Assembly: GCA_032718475.1 (NCBI GenBank)
Contig: JAUCBJ010006520.1
Span: 1 to 64,000, forward strand
Reading direction: 5' to 3'
DNA length: 64,000 nucleotides
Source of the DNA: Nemertoderma westbladi
Lineage: Eukaryota > Animalia > Xenacoelomorpha
Shown here: in pieces, positions 11,735-22,900 of the stretch
Position numbering within the stretch: position 1 is the stretch's first letter
Layout: every line of letters begins with the position of its first letter
Position numbers and translations under genes: made by a program
Notes under the pieces: model-generated
Seen by the model: the letters and a program-made list of their open reading frames with translations, nothing else
The model's database searches: none
What the model was told of the DNA's origin: nothing

Positions 11735-14700
11735 ATGGATGAGGTTAACTTAAATCAGTTGGCCGGCGATTCTGATAGTTTCCAAGGTTTATCCTCATCA
11801 ACTTCAAGAAGTGGTACACCCGAATCTGCGGGCTTCAGGTCATGTAGTAACATTGGCTACAGTAATGCCATTGAATCAGAGTTGTCGCCTCTAGAACCAC
11901 CGACGCCTATCAAAGTTATTCAAAATGCAGATACTGGTACTCCAAATCTACCAAAGCAATCGCCCTCTCGTGGGAGACCACCCAAAGTCAGTAAGGCTGA
12001 AAGCAGTTTGAGTTTGTTACTGAGTGCAGACCTCGGTACTGAGAGTGACCCTGTATCTCCCAGCCAGTTAGAGTTTGCTCCTTCACCAGTCTACATGGTT
12101 CCTCCTTTGCCCAAACGTCCAACCCCATTGTGCGCATTATGTGCTCTTCCAAATAGTTCGTTACTAGGCCAAGGTGAGTTGAGTCGATATGAGCCAACAC
12201 CAGACTATAACCCATGGAGAGATGGTCCATCCTGTCTCGATTTGAAGCCAGATCCCCAGATGATAGTAGCTGACGACCAAATAGAAGATAGTAGTCACAT
12301 TACATGGCGACGAAATAGATCACCTGGTAAGAAAATGAAGACTGGCTCATGGGGATTGGATACAAAACGCTTCTCTCAATCTGCTCAAGGTATTCATGAT
12401 CAGCAAAATGAGTTAGAATCCATTGGATGGGATTCTGAGCCTAGCATGGATTCTGTGGATTCCTTGTTTGAAGCAACTGGACACATCTGGGTTCATCGGT
12501 GCTGTGCAGCATGGTCTCATGGTGTGGAAGATACACCAGACTATCAACTCTTGAATGTAGATAAGGGTGTAGTCCAGGGGTTGTCGCAGTTGTGTGGATT
12601 TTGCCAACATTATGGAGCAACAATTCATTGCCGAGAACCAAATTGTAACAACAAGTATCATTATCCTTGCGCAGCTGCTTCAGGATGCTTCCAAGATTTT
12701 CAGACGCTCACCTTGTTTTGTCCTGAACACATTTACCAAGCACCTGCATTCTCGTCATTAGATTCATCTTGTGTTGTCTGCGATGAGCCAGGGGATTTGA
12801 TGTTGCAACTGTTCTGCACATCCTGTGGTCAACATTACCATGGACAATGCCTTGATCCTACCGTGGAGGTAAATGCCATTGTGCGAGGTGGTTGGCAATG
12901 CCCTGAGTGTAAGATATGTCAAACTTGCCGTCATCCTGGTGATGACAATAAAATGCTTGTCTGTGACACTTGTGATAAAGGATACCACACATTTTGTCTA
13001 AAGCCACCTGTCATGTCAATACCAAAAAATGGCTGGAAATGCGCATTCTGCAGGAAGTGTTACGATTGTGGCAACCGTACACCTGGATCAGGTCCTTCTT
13101 CTCGTTGGCATCTCAACTTTTCAGTATGTGATAGCTGTTACCAGCAACGCAATAAGGGTTTATTTTGCCCTCTGTGTGGCCGGGCTTACAGGCATTCTGC
13201 GAGTCAGGCTATGGTCCAGTGTCGGCGCTGTAAAAAACATTGTCATATAAGCTGTGATGGTGACTACTCTGAGCATGGTGGTCCTGATAATTATGTTTGC
13301 ACTGTGTGTCGTACCAATGTCATACCAGACGGGAACAGTATCACTGAAGCTCAAAGTTCGATGTTGCGTGAAATTGCTGAAGCTGCTAAACTTGGAGTTC
13401 CTGCTATTTCCCCCCTTCTAGAATCATCACCTTTAAGTATTCCCCTGATATCTCCGGGTCTATCAGAACCATCTCAGACGCTGTCATTTGCTGAATTTAA
13501 AACCGATGAAAGAGAGGCATTTGGTAACTTGAATAAACTCAATCTAAATAATCGATCAACCACCATTGAAAAACCAACATTGCAAGTGGTTCCTTCAGCA
13601 CAGGGAGCCACTCGTCGTGGACGACGGCCTCTCAAAATAGGTCTCCACCCTCCCGATATGGACAGTTCGATGGACTATCATGATGGTCCTCGAGCCAGGC
13701 GTGAGGAGGATGATGATGGCTCACCATCAGCGATTCTGGTGTTGACTAGTACTGAAGACACGTTCACTCTTAGTCAAGACATGTGTGTATCCTGTGGTTC
13801 ATTCGGAAAGGGGAAAGAGGGGCAACTAATAGCTTGTTCACAATGTGGGGAATGTTTTCATCCTTATTGTGCTGGGGTGAAGTTGACAAATACAGCTATA
13901 GAAAAGGGTTGGAGATGCTTGGATTGTACAGTCTGTGAAGGTTGTGGAAAGGCTTCGGATGAGGCATGTCTGTTACTATGTGATGATTGCGAAACTTCTT
14001 ACCACACTTATTGCTTAGAGCCTCCTCTTATTACAGTTCCTTCTGGGGGCTGGAAATGCTCCCGATGTGTTTACTGCCAAGAATGTGGTATTACAGATCC
14101 AGGGTGGCACTGCCATTGGGAAAACAATTACACAAAATGTACTCCTTGTGCCAGCATATATAACTGTCCTAGTTGCAGGCATGCTTATCAAGAAGGTGAA
14201 CTTATTATACAGTGTAGTCAATGTGAAAGGTGGTTACATGGGTCCTGTGATTCGCTTAATACTGAAGAAGATTTGGACCGTGAATCTGAGAAGGGCTATA
14301 AATGTTTACTATGTCGACCATTTCTCGATACTAGTCCTCTCCCAGAGCCTGAACCTAATAAAATCCAAATTCAGTTTGATTATAATCCAACTCCATCTAT
14401 TCAGAAATCTGTCCCATGTTCGAGACAATACACTGTGGAAGGAGTGCGACTTACTGAATGGGGTTTGCAACAAATAAGAAGCTTGCAGATGCCTTCAACA
14501 CTGATGAATTCCAATCCCAAAACAAAGAGGTCACGGTCTCTAGGAACTTCCGCTTCTAGCCTTGCCAAAAAACATGCTCTAAAGAGAGGGTTTAGTCGGG
14601 GATTTGAAATTAAACCCGGATTATTTGATAGTGATGAAAGCGGTGGATGTGATAGTGCAGTCGATTACATGGCTGACAATGAAGCCCTAGATGGTATTCC

Positions 14701-17700
14701 AACAGTATCGCAAAATGCTGAACAGGAACAAAAACGTCGCTATAAGTTTACAAAACCTGGTATTGGTGGATTTATTCCAAAGATGCGCGGTCCAAAAAAG
14801 TCTGCATCCGTGCATGATGATCCCACCCTTGAACAAAATGATCCGACTTCAGATGCACCGCGTATAGGATCAAAGAAACGACGTGCTAGGAAAAAACCTG
14901 GGCTTGAGACAATTTACCCGGCTTACCTGCAAGAGGCTTTCTTTGGGAAATCCCTTCTACAGTCCTACACCAATACTGTACCATTTGATAAAGATACTGT
15001 TGAAAACATTTCTTTGGTTAACAATACCGACACTGGCCTTCCTCAACCAGATATACCAATAGATCCATTTGTACTTCCTCAAGATGAAATGCTGTTTGAA
15101 ATTTTTAATAATGATGTTGATATTTCGAATACACTTACATCATTATCATCAGACTCAAAACATGTGAAGTCGTCTGAGTTGTCAGGCGATGCCCTTACCG
15201 AAAACCTTGACAGTTTGTTGAATTCTATGGGCGGTGTAGATGATTTATTTTCTGATGTGATTCTTAATGAAAAGCACGAGTTACCCGTTCTTCCTCCAAA
15301 CATGCACTTGGGAATTAGCAGCAACTCAACCATGTTGGACCTGGGCATCCAAAATAGAGGTTCTATGATAGCCGCCCCACAAACTATGCCTATTCAACAA
15401 CCGCTTCCAACATCGGTTACATCAACTCAGTCTTCAATGGAATATCGGCTACTGGAACAACAGATATTCCAACAAATGATAGAGGTTCAACAACTTCAAT
15501 TACAACAGCAGAAGATTTCAGTAGAACGTGCTTCTATGCCAAATTTAACTATGAGTTTAAGCTCGCCTTTAGTTGGCCATGCTGTCTCGCAGGTTAGTAC
15601 CAGTAGTCAAATTACTGAATCTACCGAGTTAAAGAACACTAATGGAAGTAGCAACGATGATGTGGAAAAGCTAAGCAATAACGCAAAGATGTTTAAAAAG
15701 TGGGAAAGCGATGAGAGTTTGGGGGTATTATCCACTATATCCCCTGTTTTGTATTGTAATGTGCAATGCCCGAATTTAAAAGAAGATAACCCGGATTGGC
15801 CAGCACGATTTCGTAAAATAACGAAAATGTGGCGAATGCTAACAAATGACGAAAAGGCTCCATACTTACAATTAGCACGGGAAAATCGAGCTACATTGAG
15901 AATCAGGCAGCAAGTTGAAAAAAACCAAGGTTCTAGTAAACCAAAGTCACCTAGAATTAGCCATCTTGTTCAGCGTCAGGTGCACGACCTAATGTCTGCA
16001 TCAAGTGGTGAGTCTAATGATCGACTGTGCGACAGCGGGGAAACTACTCCTGATTGCGCGAGTCAAGACTCGGCTGTATCATTTACTGAAACTCAAATCT
16101 CCGACACAGCCAGTGACGCGACCAAATCAGAATCACCCAACTCCTACCCCCTACCACTAATAACTGATGATGTTAGTGTCGGATTGAAGTTGGAACCCAG
16201 TGACGCTGCGATTTCAGCTTCCTATGTTCATAGCCAACTTATTGCAAGCACTTCCACTTCACCTGCTCACCAGCTACCAACCGAGGCTATTACGAAAACA
16301 GGTGCTGCCAATGACAGGTTAGAAGTATTCAAAAAGCCAGAAATTCCCTTGAAATTATCTAACCCACCCGTAACGAATCCTGCGGCAGATGCGTTTTTGC
16401 AGCAACGTTTGAACTTGCAGCATCAACAGCAGGATACTGCACGCGTTCCAATTGACGACCAAGTGCATTCGCTTCCTCCTCTCCCACCATATAAGCAACC
16501 GCACCCTATACCGTTGTCTATACCAACATCCCTTGAAAGCCCATCCCAACAAGCCGCACCCAACCGATATCCATCCCTGCAACCTAGTCACAGTGCAAGT
16601 CAAAAGGAACATATTGCTATGTGGTTGCAGCAGCAACACAAAATTGGTGGTGGTCCGAGTTCATCAACACCTTATTCTCAGCTTCCACAACATCAGGCGA
16701 TGACTCCGCAACAAGTTTTGCTAATTAAACGTCTTTCCGAGAAGATGTTAGCAGCTCAACAAGAAAAGTTACGACGTCAGCTGGCCGATGGTACGCAACC
16801 CACGTCATCAGCGGGAGAAAAACAAATTAGTTACGGCACTCCAGAGACAACAGTCGTTCCACAGATCGCTAAGCAACAATTTCCAGAAACATTATCACCA
16901 AAACCAAATGTGTTCAACTTTTTAGCGGCATCTTCAACTGGGAATGTTAGATTTAATGTTCCTCCATCTCAGACTTCCACCCCACAAACAGTTTCTTCAA
17001 ACTTGTTACCTTTGACACAGGTGCCCATCACTGCAACCTCTGGTCTCCAACGTACAACTAGTGCTTTTCAAACTGGTCTCAAACCCACATCTGGGGGTTT
17101 TCAAACTGGACTTCAACCCACAACTGTTTCCGTTCAAAATGCCAGCCAAAGCTCTACTGGTAGTTTTCTAACTAGTCTCCAACCCGCAACTAGTAAATTA
17201 CACACAGATCACCAACCTATAACTTGTACTTTTCAAACTGGTCTTCAGCCAAGAACTAGTGCTTTTCAAACAGACTTCCAATCTGCAACAAGTTCGTGCG
17301 AATCTAGTAATACACCATCAGCAATTAGTCTACATTCTGATCTGCCACTTAAAACTGCTTCTTTTCAACACGACCTCCCACTAACTCATAATGAATTGCA
17401 ATGTGATATCCAACCCGCACCCATACTACCGCCTTCCTCAGTGCAATCTGCACTCCTCAAACATACCACTAGTGCCGATATTTGGTCGACTGGCCGACAC
17501 ACTACATCCTGTGCCAATACCTGGCCACAAGCCAGATCTTCTCCGTGTTCCCAAAGTATAACTGAAAGCACATTGAAATCCCCGGTGGCTCCATTATTCA
17601 CCTTCACGGGCATTAAGACAGAAGATTCTCCCGCACTTCCGTTGTCTCCGCACGGCAACCATAGTAATGCAAACGTCCAGTTTTCACGCTCGAATGAGAT

Positions 17701-18112
17701 CCAGTTAACGAGATCCAGCGACGTCCGTTTATTTCCGGTGGATAACCAGCTTATCACAAATACGACTAATAATGTTAGTGAAAGTTATAATTTTAATGAA
17801 ACTCTAGTCTACAAAACCACTAGCGAATCCGATGTGGTTAAAGGCAATCAACAATTACAAACAGCTCCTGTTACGATAGATCCGCTGGTCGGTTTACCCT
17901 TCGTCGATCCTTCCATACAAGATTATCTCGACGAGAATCCTGGGGAAGACAAGACGAGTCCTAATTTAATGGACGAGTCACCGTTGGTGAGTAGTTGTCT
18001 AGAGGATGGCTCACCAGTAGTGAGTAGTTCCGTTGTCGTGCCGACGCCATCAACCCACGGCGTCTATGTTCCAGAACCCCCAACGTGGACTGAAGAGGAC
18101 ACGTTACTATGA
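11735..18112 (+). CDS. KMT2C: KMT2C/D (MLL3/4) N-terminal-half protein, Lpt-like: PHD fingers plus HMG box, no SET domain; single exon, 2125 aa
   Basis: First ATG at 11735 (the track starts at an upstream TTG). AT-hook SRGRPPK; extended PHD (CALC…HRCCAAWS…GATIHC…YHYPCA); PHDs LFCTSCGQHYHGQCL and DDNKMLVCDTCDKGYHTFCL; PGSGPSSRWHLNFSVCDSCYQQRNKG; second cluster FTLSQDMCVSCGSFG…EKGWRCLDCTVCEGCG…QCERWLHGSC; motifs PGIGGF and YPAYLQEAFFGKSLL; HMG box KWESDESLG..STISPVLYCN…KMWR…KAPYLQLARENRA. Low-complexity tail to TGA. C versus D cannot be assigned for an invertebrate. Confidence 0.93.
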   Translation: MDEVNLNQLAGDSDSFQGLSSSTSRSGTPESAGFRSCSNIGYSNAIESELSPLEPPTPIKVIQNADTGTPNLPKQSPSRGRPPKVSKAESSLSLLLSADLGTESDPVSPSQLEFAPSPVYMVPPLPKRPTPLCALCALPNSSLLGQGELSRYEPTPDYNPWRDGPSCLDLKPDPQMIVADDQIEDSSHITWRRNRSPGKKMKTGSWGLDTKRFSQSAQGIHDQQNELESIGWDSEPSMDSVDSLFEATGHIWVHRCCAAWSHGVEDTPDYQLLNVDKGVVQGLSQLCGFCQHYGATIHCREPNCNNKYHYPCAAASGCFQDFQTLTLFCPEHIYQAPAFSSLDSSCVVCDEPGDLMLQLFCTSCGQHYHGQCLDPTVEVNAIVRGGWQCPECKICQTCRHPGDDNKMLVCDTCDKGYHTFCLKPPVMSIPKNGWKCAFCRKCYDCGNRTPGSGPSSRWHLNFSVCDSCYQQRNKGLFCPLCGRAYRHSASQAMVQCRRCKKHCHISCDGDYSEHGGPDNYVCTVCRTNVIPDGNSITEAQSSMLREIAEAAKLGVPAISPLLESSPLSIPLISPGLSEPSQTLSFAEFKTDEREAFGNLNKLNLNNRSTTIEKPTLQVVPSAQGATRRGRRPLKIGLHPPDMDSSMDYHDGPRARREEDDDGSPSAILVLTSTEDTFTLSQDMCVSCGSFGKGKEGQLIACSQCGECFHPYCAGVKLTNTAIEKGWRCLDCTVCEGCGKASDEACLLLCDDCETSYHTYCLEPPLITVPSGGWKCSRCVYCQECGITDPGWHCHWENNYTKCTPCASIYNCPSCRHAYQEGELIIQCSQCERWLHGSCDSLNTEEDLDRESEKGYKCLLCRPFLDTSPLPEPEPNKIQIQFDYNPTPSIQKSVPCSRQYTVEGVRLTEWGLQQIRSLQMPSTLMNSNPKTKRSRSLGTSASSLAKKHALKRGFSRGFEIKPGLFDSDESGGCDSAVDYMADNEALDGIPTVSQNAEQEQKRRYKFTKPGIGGFIPKMRGPKKSASVHDDPTLEQNDPTSDAPRIGSKKRRARKKPGLETIYPAYLQEAFFGKSLLQSYTNTVPFDKDTVENISLVNNTDTGLPQPDIPIDPFVLPQDEMLFEIFNNDVDISNTLTSLSSDSKHVKSSELSGDALTENLDSLLNSMGGVDDLFSDVILNEKHELPVLPPNMHLGISSNSTMLDLGIQNRGSMIAAPQTMPIQQPLPTSVTSTQSSMEYRLLEQQIFQQMIEVQQLQLQQQKISVERASMPNLTMSLSSPLVGHAVSQVSTSSQITESTELKNTNGSSNDDVEKLSNNAKMFKKWESDESLGVLSTISPVLYCNVQCPNLKEDNPDWPARFRKITKMWRMLTNDEKAPYLQLARENRATLRIRQQVEKNQGSSKPKSPRISHLVQRQVHDLMSASSGESNDRLCDSGETTPDCASQDSAVSFTETQISDTASDATKSESPNSYPLPLITDDVSVGLKLEPSDAAISASYVHSQLIASTSTSPAHQLPTEAITKTGAANDRLEVFKKPEIPLKLSNPPVTNPAADAFLQQRLNLQHQQQDTARVPIDDQVHSLPPLPPYKQPHPIPLSIPTSLESPSQQAAPNRYPSLQPSHSASQKEHIAMWLQQQHKIGGGPSSSTPYSQLPQHQAMTPQQVLLIKRLSEKMLAAQQEKLRRQLADGTQPTSSAGEKQISYGTPETTVVPQIAKQQFPETLSPKPNVFNFLAASSTGNVRFNVPPSQTSTPQTVSSNLLPLTQVPITATSGLQRTTSAFQTGLKPTSGGFQTGLQPTTVSVQNASQSSTGSFLTSLQPATSKLHTDHQPITCTFQTGLQPRTSAFQTDFQSATSSCESSNTPSAISLHSDLPLKTASFQHDLPLTHNELQCDIQPAPILPPSSVQSALLKHTTSADIWSTGRHTTSCANTWPQARSSPCSQSITESTLKSPVAPLFTFTGIKTEDSPALPLSPHGNHSNANVQFSRSNEIQLTRSSDVRLFPVDNQLITNTTNNVSESYNFNETLVYKTTSESDVVKGNQQLQTAPVTIDPLVGLPFVDPSIQDYLDENPGEDKTSPNLMDESPLVSSCLEDGSPVVSSSVVVPTPSTHGVYVPEPPTWTEEDTLL

Positions 18113-19955
18113 TCTACATCACTAGCATAGCTATCGAGGACATTCAAGGATCGGTTAATCGGAAATAGCGATATCTGTATTTATCCGTCACAGAGTATAG
18201 GCCTAGCAGAGGTGTATGATAAACCTGGACTATAAGTGTTAATTATAGTTGTTATATTTACTTTTTAGCTTTGAATTATAATGGCAATCATTAATGTCAT
18301 TATTTGGTATTTTTCAAAGCTTAAACGTAGCCGGTATTTATTTGACGGTAATTTTAGTTCTGTTAAATTTGTGTGTTTTCATAATATTACTTTCGGAGAC
18401 CTGCTTTTATCAACTTATCGCAGTTCATGAATAATCGGTGCAGGTTCAGTAAATTAAACTTTTTGCACATACCACTAGGGTTGGTACTTTAAAACTTTAT
18501 ATTGCACATCCGGGCAAGATTTAAAGTAATCAAAGAAGGACAGCTCTCTCTCTAGGTTCTAGAACCAATATATTTTTCATTTTTTAGATAGGCCTTCCAA
18601 GCCTCAACTATTACTATTTTTTGTTAGACTTTTTTTATGCGCATTTTCGAGGAACAGTAGGTGCACATTCTACTATTTCGAGGAAATGCGGATTAAAATG
18701 AGGACAAAAAAATTATTTCTTTTTGTAGAAGATGATGATTTCTTTTAAAAGTTTACTTTTTCTCCGCCAAAATGCGGACAAAAACGACTTTTTGCCCAAA
18801 ATCAACCCACATTTATAATAATTCTAATATTAATTATGAATAATATTAAATAGAATTATTGGAAGTTGAAGGTACATTGAGCACCAGTAGCTACCATTTA
18901 ATCCTTCTTTAAAATATTCCCTTTTGAATTATAAGTAAGTTATCGCTAATTTAAATTCTTCCCCATTCTGTAATTAAATAATACTAGCTACTATTAATTA
19001 GCTATACTTTGTTAGTGAAGGTGATATTCCAGAACGTTAATCAAATAATCTTACCAAAAATTTGATTAAACTAGCTACTTGTTCAAAATATCCTACATAC
19101 AACTAAACATTTTAATGCTAAATTTATTAATAATTACCATCGTAATTACTTATCTAGAATAAATAAATGCGAAATCAACAGAAAAATCTTCTAGACCTTT
19201 GATTGGATAAATAATTTAAAACAGCATTTTTGGAATTTTGATTGGATAATTACTTTTTGTCTGCATATGCGGACAAAAAAGTATTTTATGTCCGCATTTA
19301 TGCTGATAAAAAGTGAATTTTTAAAGAAAATTTATATTTGAAATATGTTTTTAACGTATTTAGTTGATTCTATAAAAATAAATAAAATGTATTGGTATTT
19401 GTAGTAAGTTTATGCAGGAAGAGAAAATTACAAACTTGAACTTCCTTTTGAGGAAGTAACACTTTATAGCGTTATGATTATCTCGTTTCAATCTTGTAAT
19501 AAATCCATTTGGGTCAGAACGCTACAAAGTGCTACTTTTTACATGCATCTGTATGTTGATAGATATTTCGTGTTGTATTTGTTCGTTGTTTAATTTCGAT
19601 TTTATATTTGCATTATTATTGTTTATATAAATATAGCCATATATGTTTGTGTGTGTAGAACTTATTGTATGTATTAATAACTATGTGCTATTAATATTAA
19701 TATTATAACGATGTTGGATCGTAATTATAATAATTTGTTAAAATGGCAAATGAGGGTAATAATATGGAATGCAATAAAGTATTAGTATCTAATACATTGC
19801 ATTTTTTCTATTCGGTGGCATTACTGTACTGTTTTTTGTGTTCGTTTTTTTTTTCTTCAGATAATCACGTGGAATAATCAATGAGCGTTGATAACAATAC
19901 CATTTCATTTGAGCAATACGATTCGATATTGCACAGTAAATAATTTACTTAATTG

Positions 19956-22900
19956 ACATCCCAGTCCCTTGATCTACATCCCAGTCCCTTGATCTACATC
20001 CAAGTCCCTTGATCTACATCCAAGTCCCTTGATCTACATGCCAGTCCCTTGATCTACATCCTTGTCCCTTGATCTACAACCCAGTCCCTTGATCTACATC
20101 CCAGTCCCTTGATCTACATCCCAGTCCCTTGATCTACATCCAAGTCCCTTGATCTACATCCCAGTCCCTTGATCTACATCCAAGTCCCTTGATCTACATC
20201 CAAGTCCCTTGATCTACATGCCAGTCCCTTGATCTACATCCTTGTCCCTTGATCTACAACCCAGTCCCTTGATCTACATCCCAGTCCCTTGATCTACATC
20301 CCAGTCCCTTGATCTACATCCCAGTCCCTTGATCTACATCCCAGTCCCTTGATCTACATCCCAGTCCCTTGATCTACATCCCAGTCCCTTGATCTACATC
20401 CCAGTCCCTTGATCTACATCCCAGTCCCTTGATCTACATCCAAGTCCCTTGATCTACATCCCAGTCCCTTGATCTACATCCAAGTCCCTTGATCTACATC
20501 CAAGTCCCTTGATCTACATGCCAGTCCCTTGATCTACATCCTTGTCCCTTGATCTACAACCCAGTCCCTTGATCTACATCCCAGTCCCTTGATCTACATC
20601 CCAGTCCCTTGATCTACATCCCAGTCCCTTGATCTACATCCAAGTCCCTTGATCTACATCCCAGTCCCTTGATCTACATCCCAGTCCCTTGATTTACATC
20701 CCAGTCCCTTGATCTACATCCCAGCCCCTTGATCTACATCCCAGTCCCTTGATCTACATCCCAGTCCCTTGATTTACATCCCAGTCCCTTGATCTACATC
20801 CCAGCCCCTTGATCTACATCCCAGTCCCTTGATCTACATCCCAGCCCTTTGATCTACATCCCAGTCCCTTGATCTACATCCCAGCCCTTTGATCTACATC
20901 CCAGTCCCTTGATCTACATCCCAGCCCTTTGATCTACATCCCAATCCCTTGATTTACATCCCAGTCCCTTGATCTACATCCAAGTCCCTTGATCTACATC
21001 CAAGTCCCTTGATCTACATCCCAGTCCCTTGATCTACATCCCAGCCCTTTGATCTACATCCCAGTCCCTTGATCTACATCCAAGTCCCTTGATCTACATC
21101 CAAGTCCCTTGATCTACATCCCAGTCCCTTGATCTACATCCCAGTCCCTTGATTTACATCCCAGTCCCTTGATCTACATCCAAGTCCCTTGATCTACATC
21201 CCAGCCCTTTGATCTACATCCCAGTCCCTTGATCTACATCCCAGCCCTTTGATCTACATCCCAGTCCCTTGATCTACATCCCAGCCCTTTGATCTACATC
21301 CCAATCCCTTGATTTACATCCCAGTCCCTTGATCTACATCCAAGTCCCTTGATCTACATCCCAGTCCCTTGATCTACATCCCAGCCCTTTGATCTACATC
21401 CCAGTCCCTTGATCTACATCCCAGCCCTTTGATCTACATCCCAGTCCCTTGATCTACATCCCAGCCCTTTGATCTACATCCAAGTCCCTTGATCTACATC
21501 CCAGTCCCTTGATCTACATCCCAGCCCTTTGATCTACATCCCAATCCCTTGATTTACATCCCAGTCCCTTGATCTACATCCAAGTCCCTTGATCTACATC
21601 CCAGTCCCTTGATCTACATCCCAGCCCCTTGATCTACATCCAAGTCCCTTGATCTACATCCCAGTCCCTTGATCTACATCCCAGCCCTTTGATCTACATC
21701 CCAATCCCTTGATTTACATCCCAGTCCCTTGATCTACATCCAAGTCCCTTGATCTACATCCCAGTCCCTTGATCTACATCCCAGCCCTTTGATCTACATC
21801 CCAGCCCTTTGATCTACATCCCAGTCCCTTGATCTACATCCCAGCCCTTTGATCTACATCCAAGTCCCTTGATCTACATCCCAGTCCCTTGATCTACATC
21901 CCAGTCCCTTGATTTACATCCCAGTCCCTTGATTTACATCCCAGTCCCTTGATCTACATCCCAGTCCCTTGATCTACATCCCAGCCCCTTGATCTACATC
22001 CCAGCCCTTTGATCTACATCCCAGTCCCTTGATCTACATCCCAGCCCTTTGATCTACATCCCAGTCCCTTGATCTACATCCCAGCCCTTTGATCTACATC
22101 CAAGTCCCTTGATCTACATCCCAGTCCCTTGATCTACATCCCAGCCCTTTGATCTACATCCCAATCCCTTGATTTACATCCCAGTCCCTTGATCTACATC
22201 CAAGTCCCTTGATCTACATCCAAGTCCCTTGATCTACATCCAAGTCCCTTGATCTACATCCCAGTCCCTTGATCTACATCCCAGTCCCTTGATTTACATC
22301 CCAGTCCCTTGATCTACATCCCAGCCCTTTGATCTACATCCCAGTCCCTTGATCTACATCCCAGCCCTTTGATCTACATCCCAGTCCCTTGATCTACATC
22401 CCAGCCCTTTGATCTACATCCCAATCCCTTGATTTACATCCCAGTCCCTTGATCTACATCCAAGTCCCTTGATCTACATCCAAGTCCCTTGATCTACATC
22501 CCAGTCCCTTGATTTACATCCCAGTCCCTTGATCTACATCCCAGTCCCTTGATTTACATCCCAGTCCCTTGATCTACATCCCAGTCCCTTGATTTACATC
22601 CCAGTCCCTTGATCTACATCCCAGCCCCTTGATCTACATCCCAGTCCCTTGATCTACATCCCAGCCCTTTGATCTACATCCCAGTCCCTTGATCTACATC
22701 CCAGCCCTTTGATCTACATCCCAGTCCCTTGATCTACATCCCAGCCCTTTGATCTACATCCCAATCCCTTGATTTACATCCCAGTCCCTTGATCTACATC
22801 CAAGTCCCTTGATCTACATCCAAGTCCCTTGATCTACATCCAAGTCCCTTGATCTACATCCCAGTCCCTTGATCTACATCCCAGTCCCTTGATTTACATC

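Noticed and set aside
11988-17757. Short antisense and alternative-frame ORFs within the large gene
   Set aside because: Shadow ORFs of a long coding sequence, with no recognisable motifs. The same applies to those overlapping TMCC.
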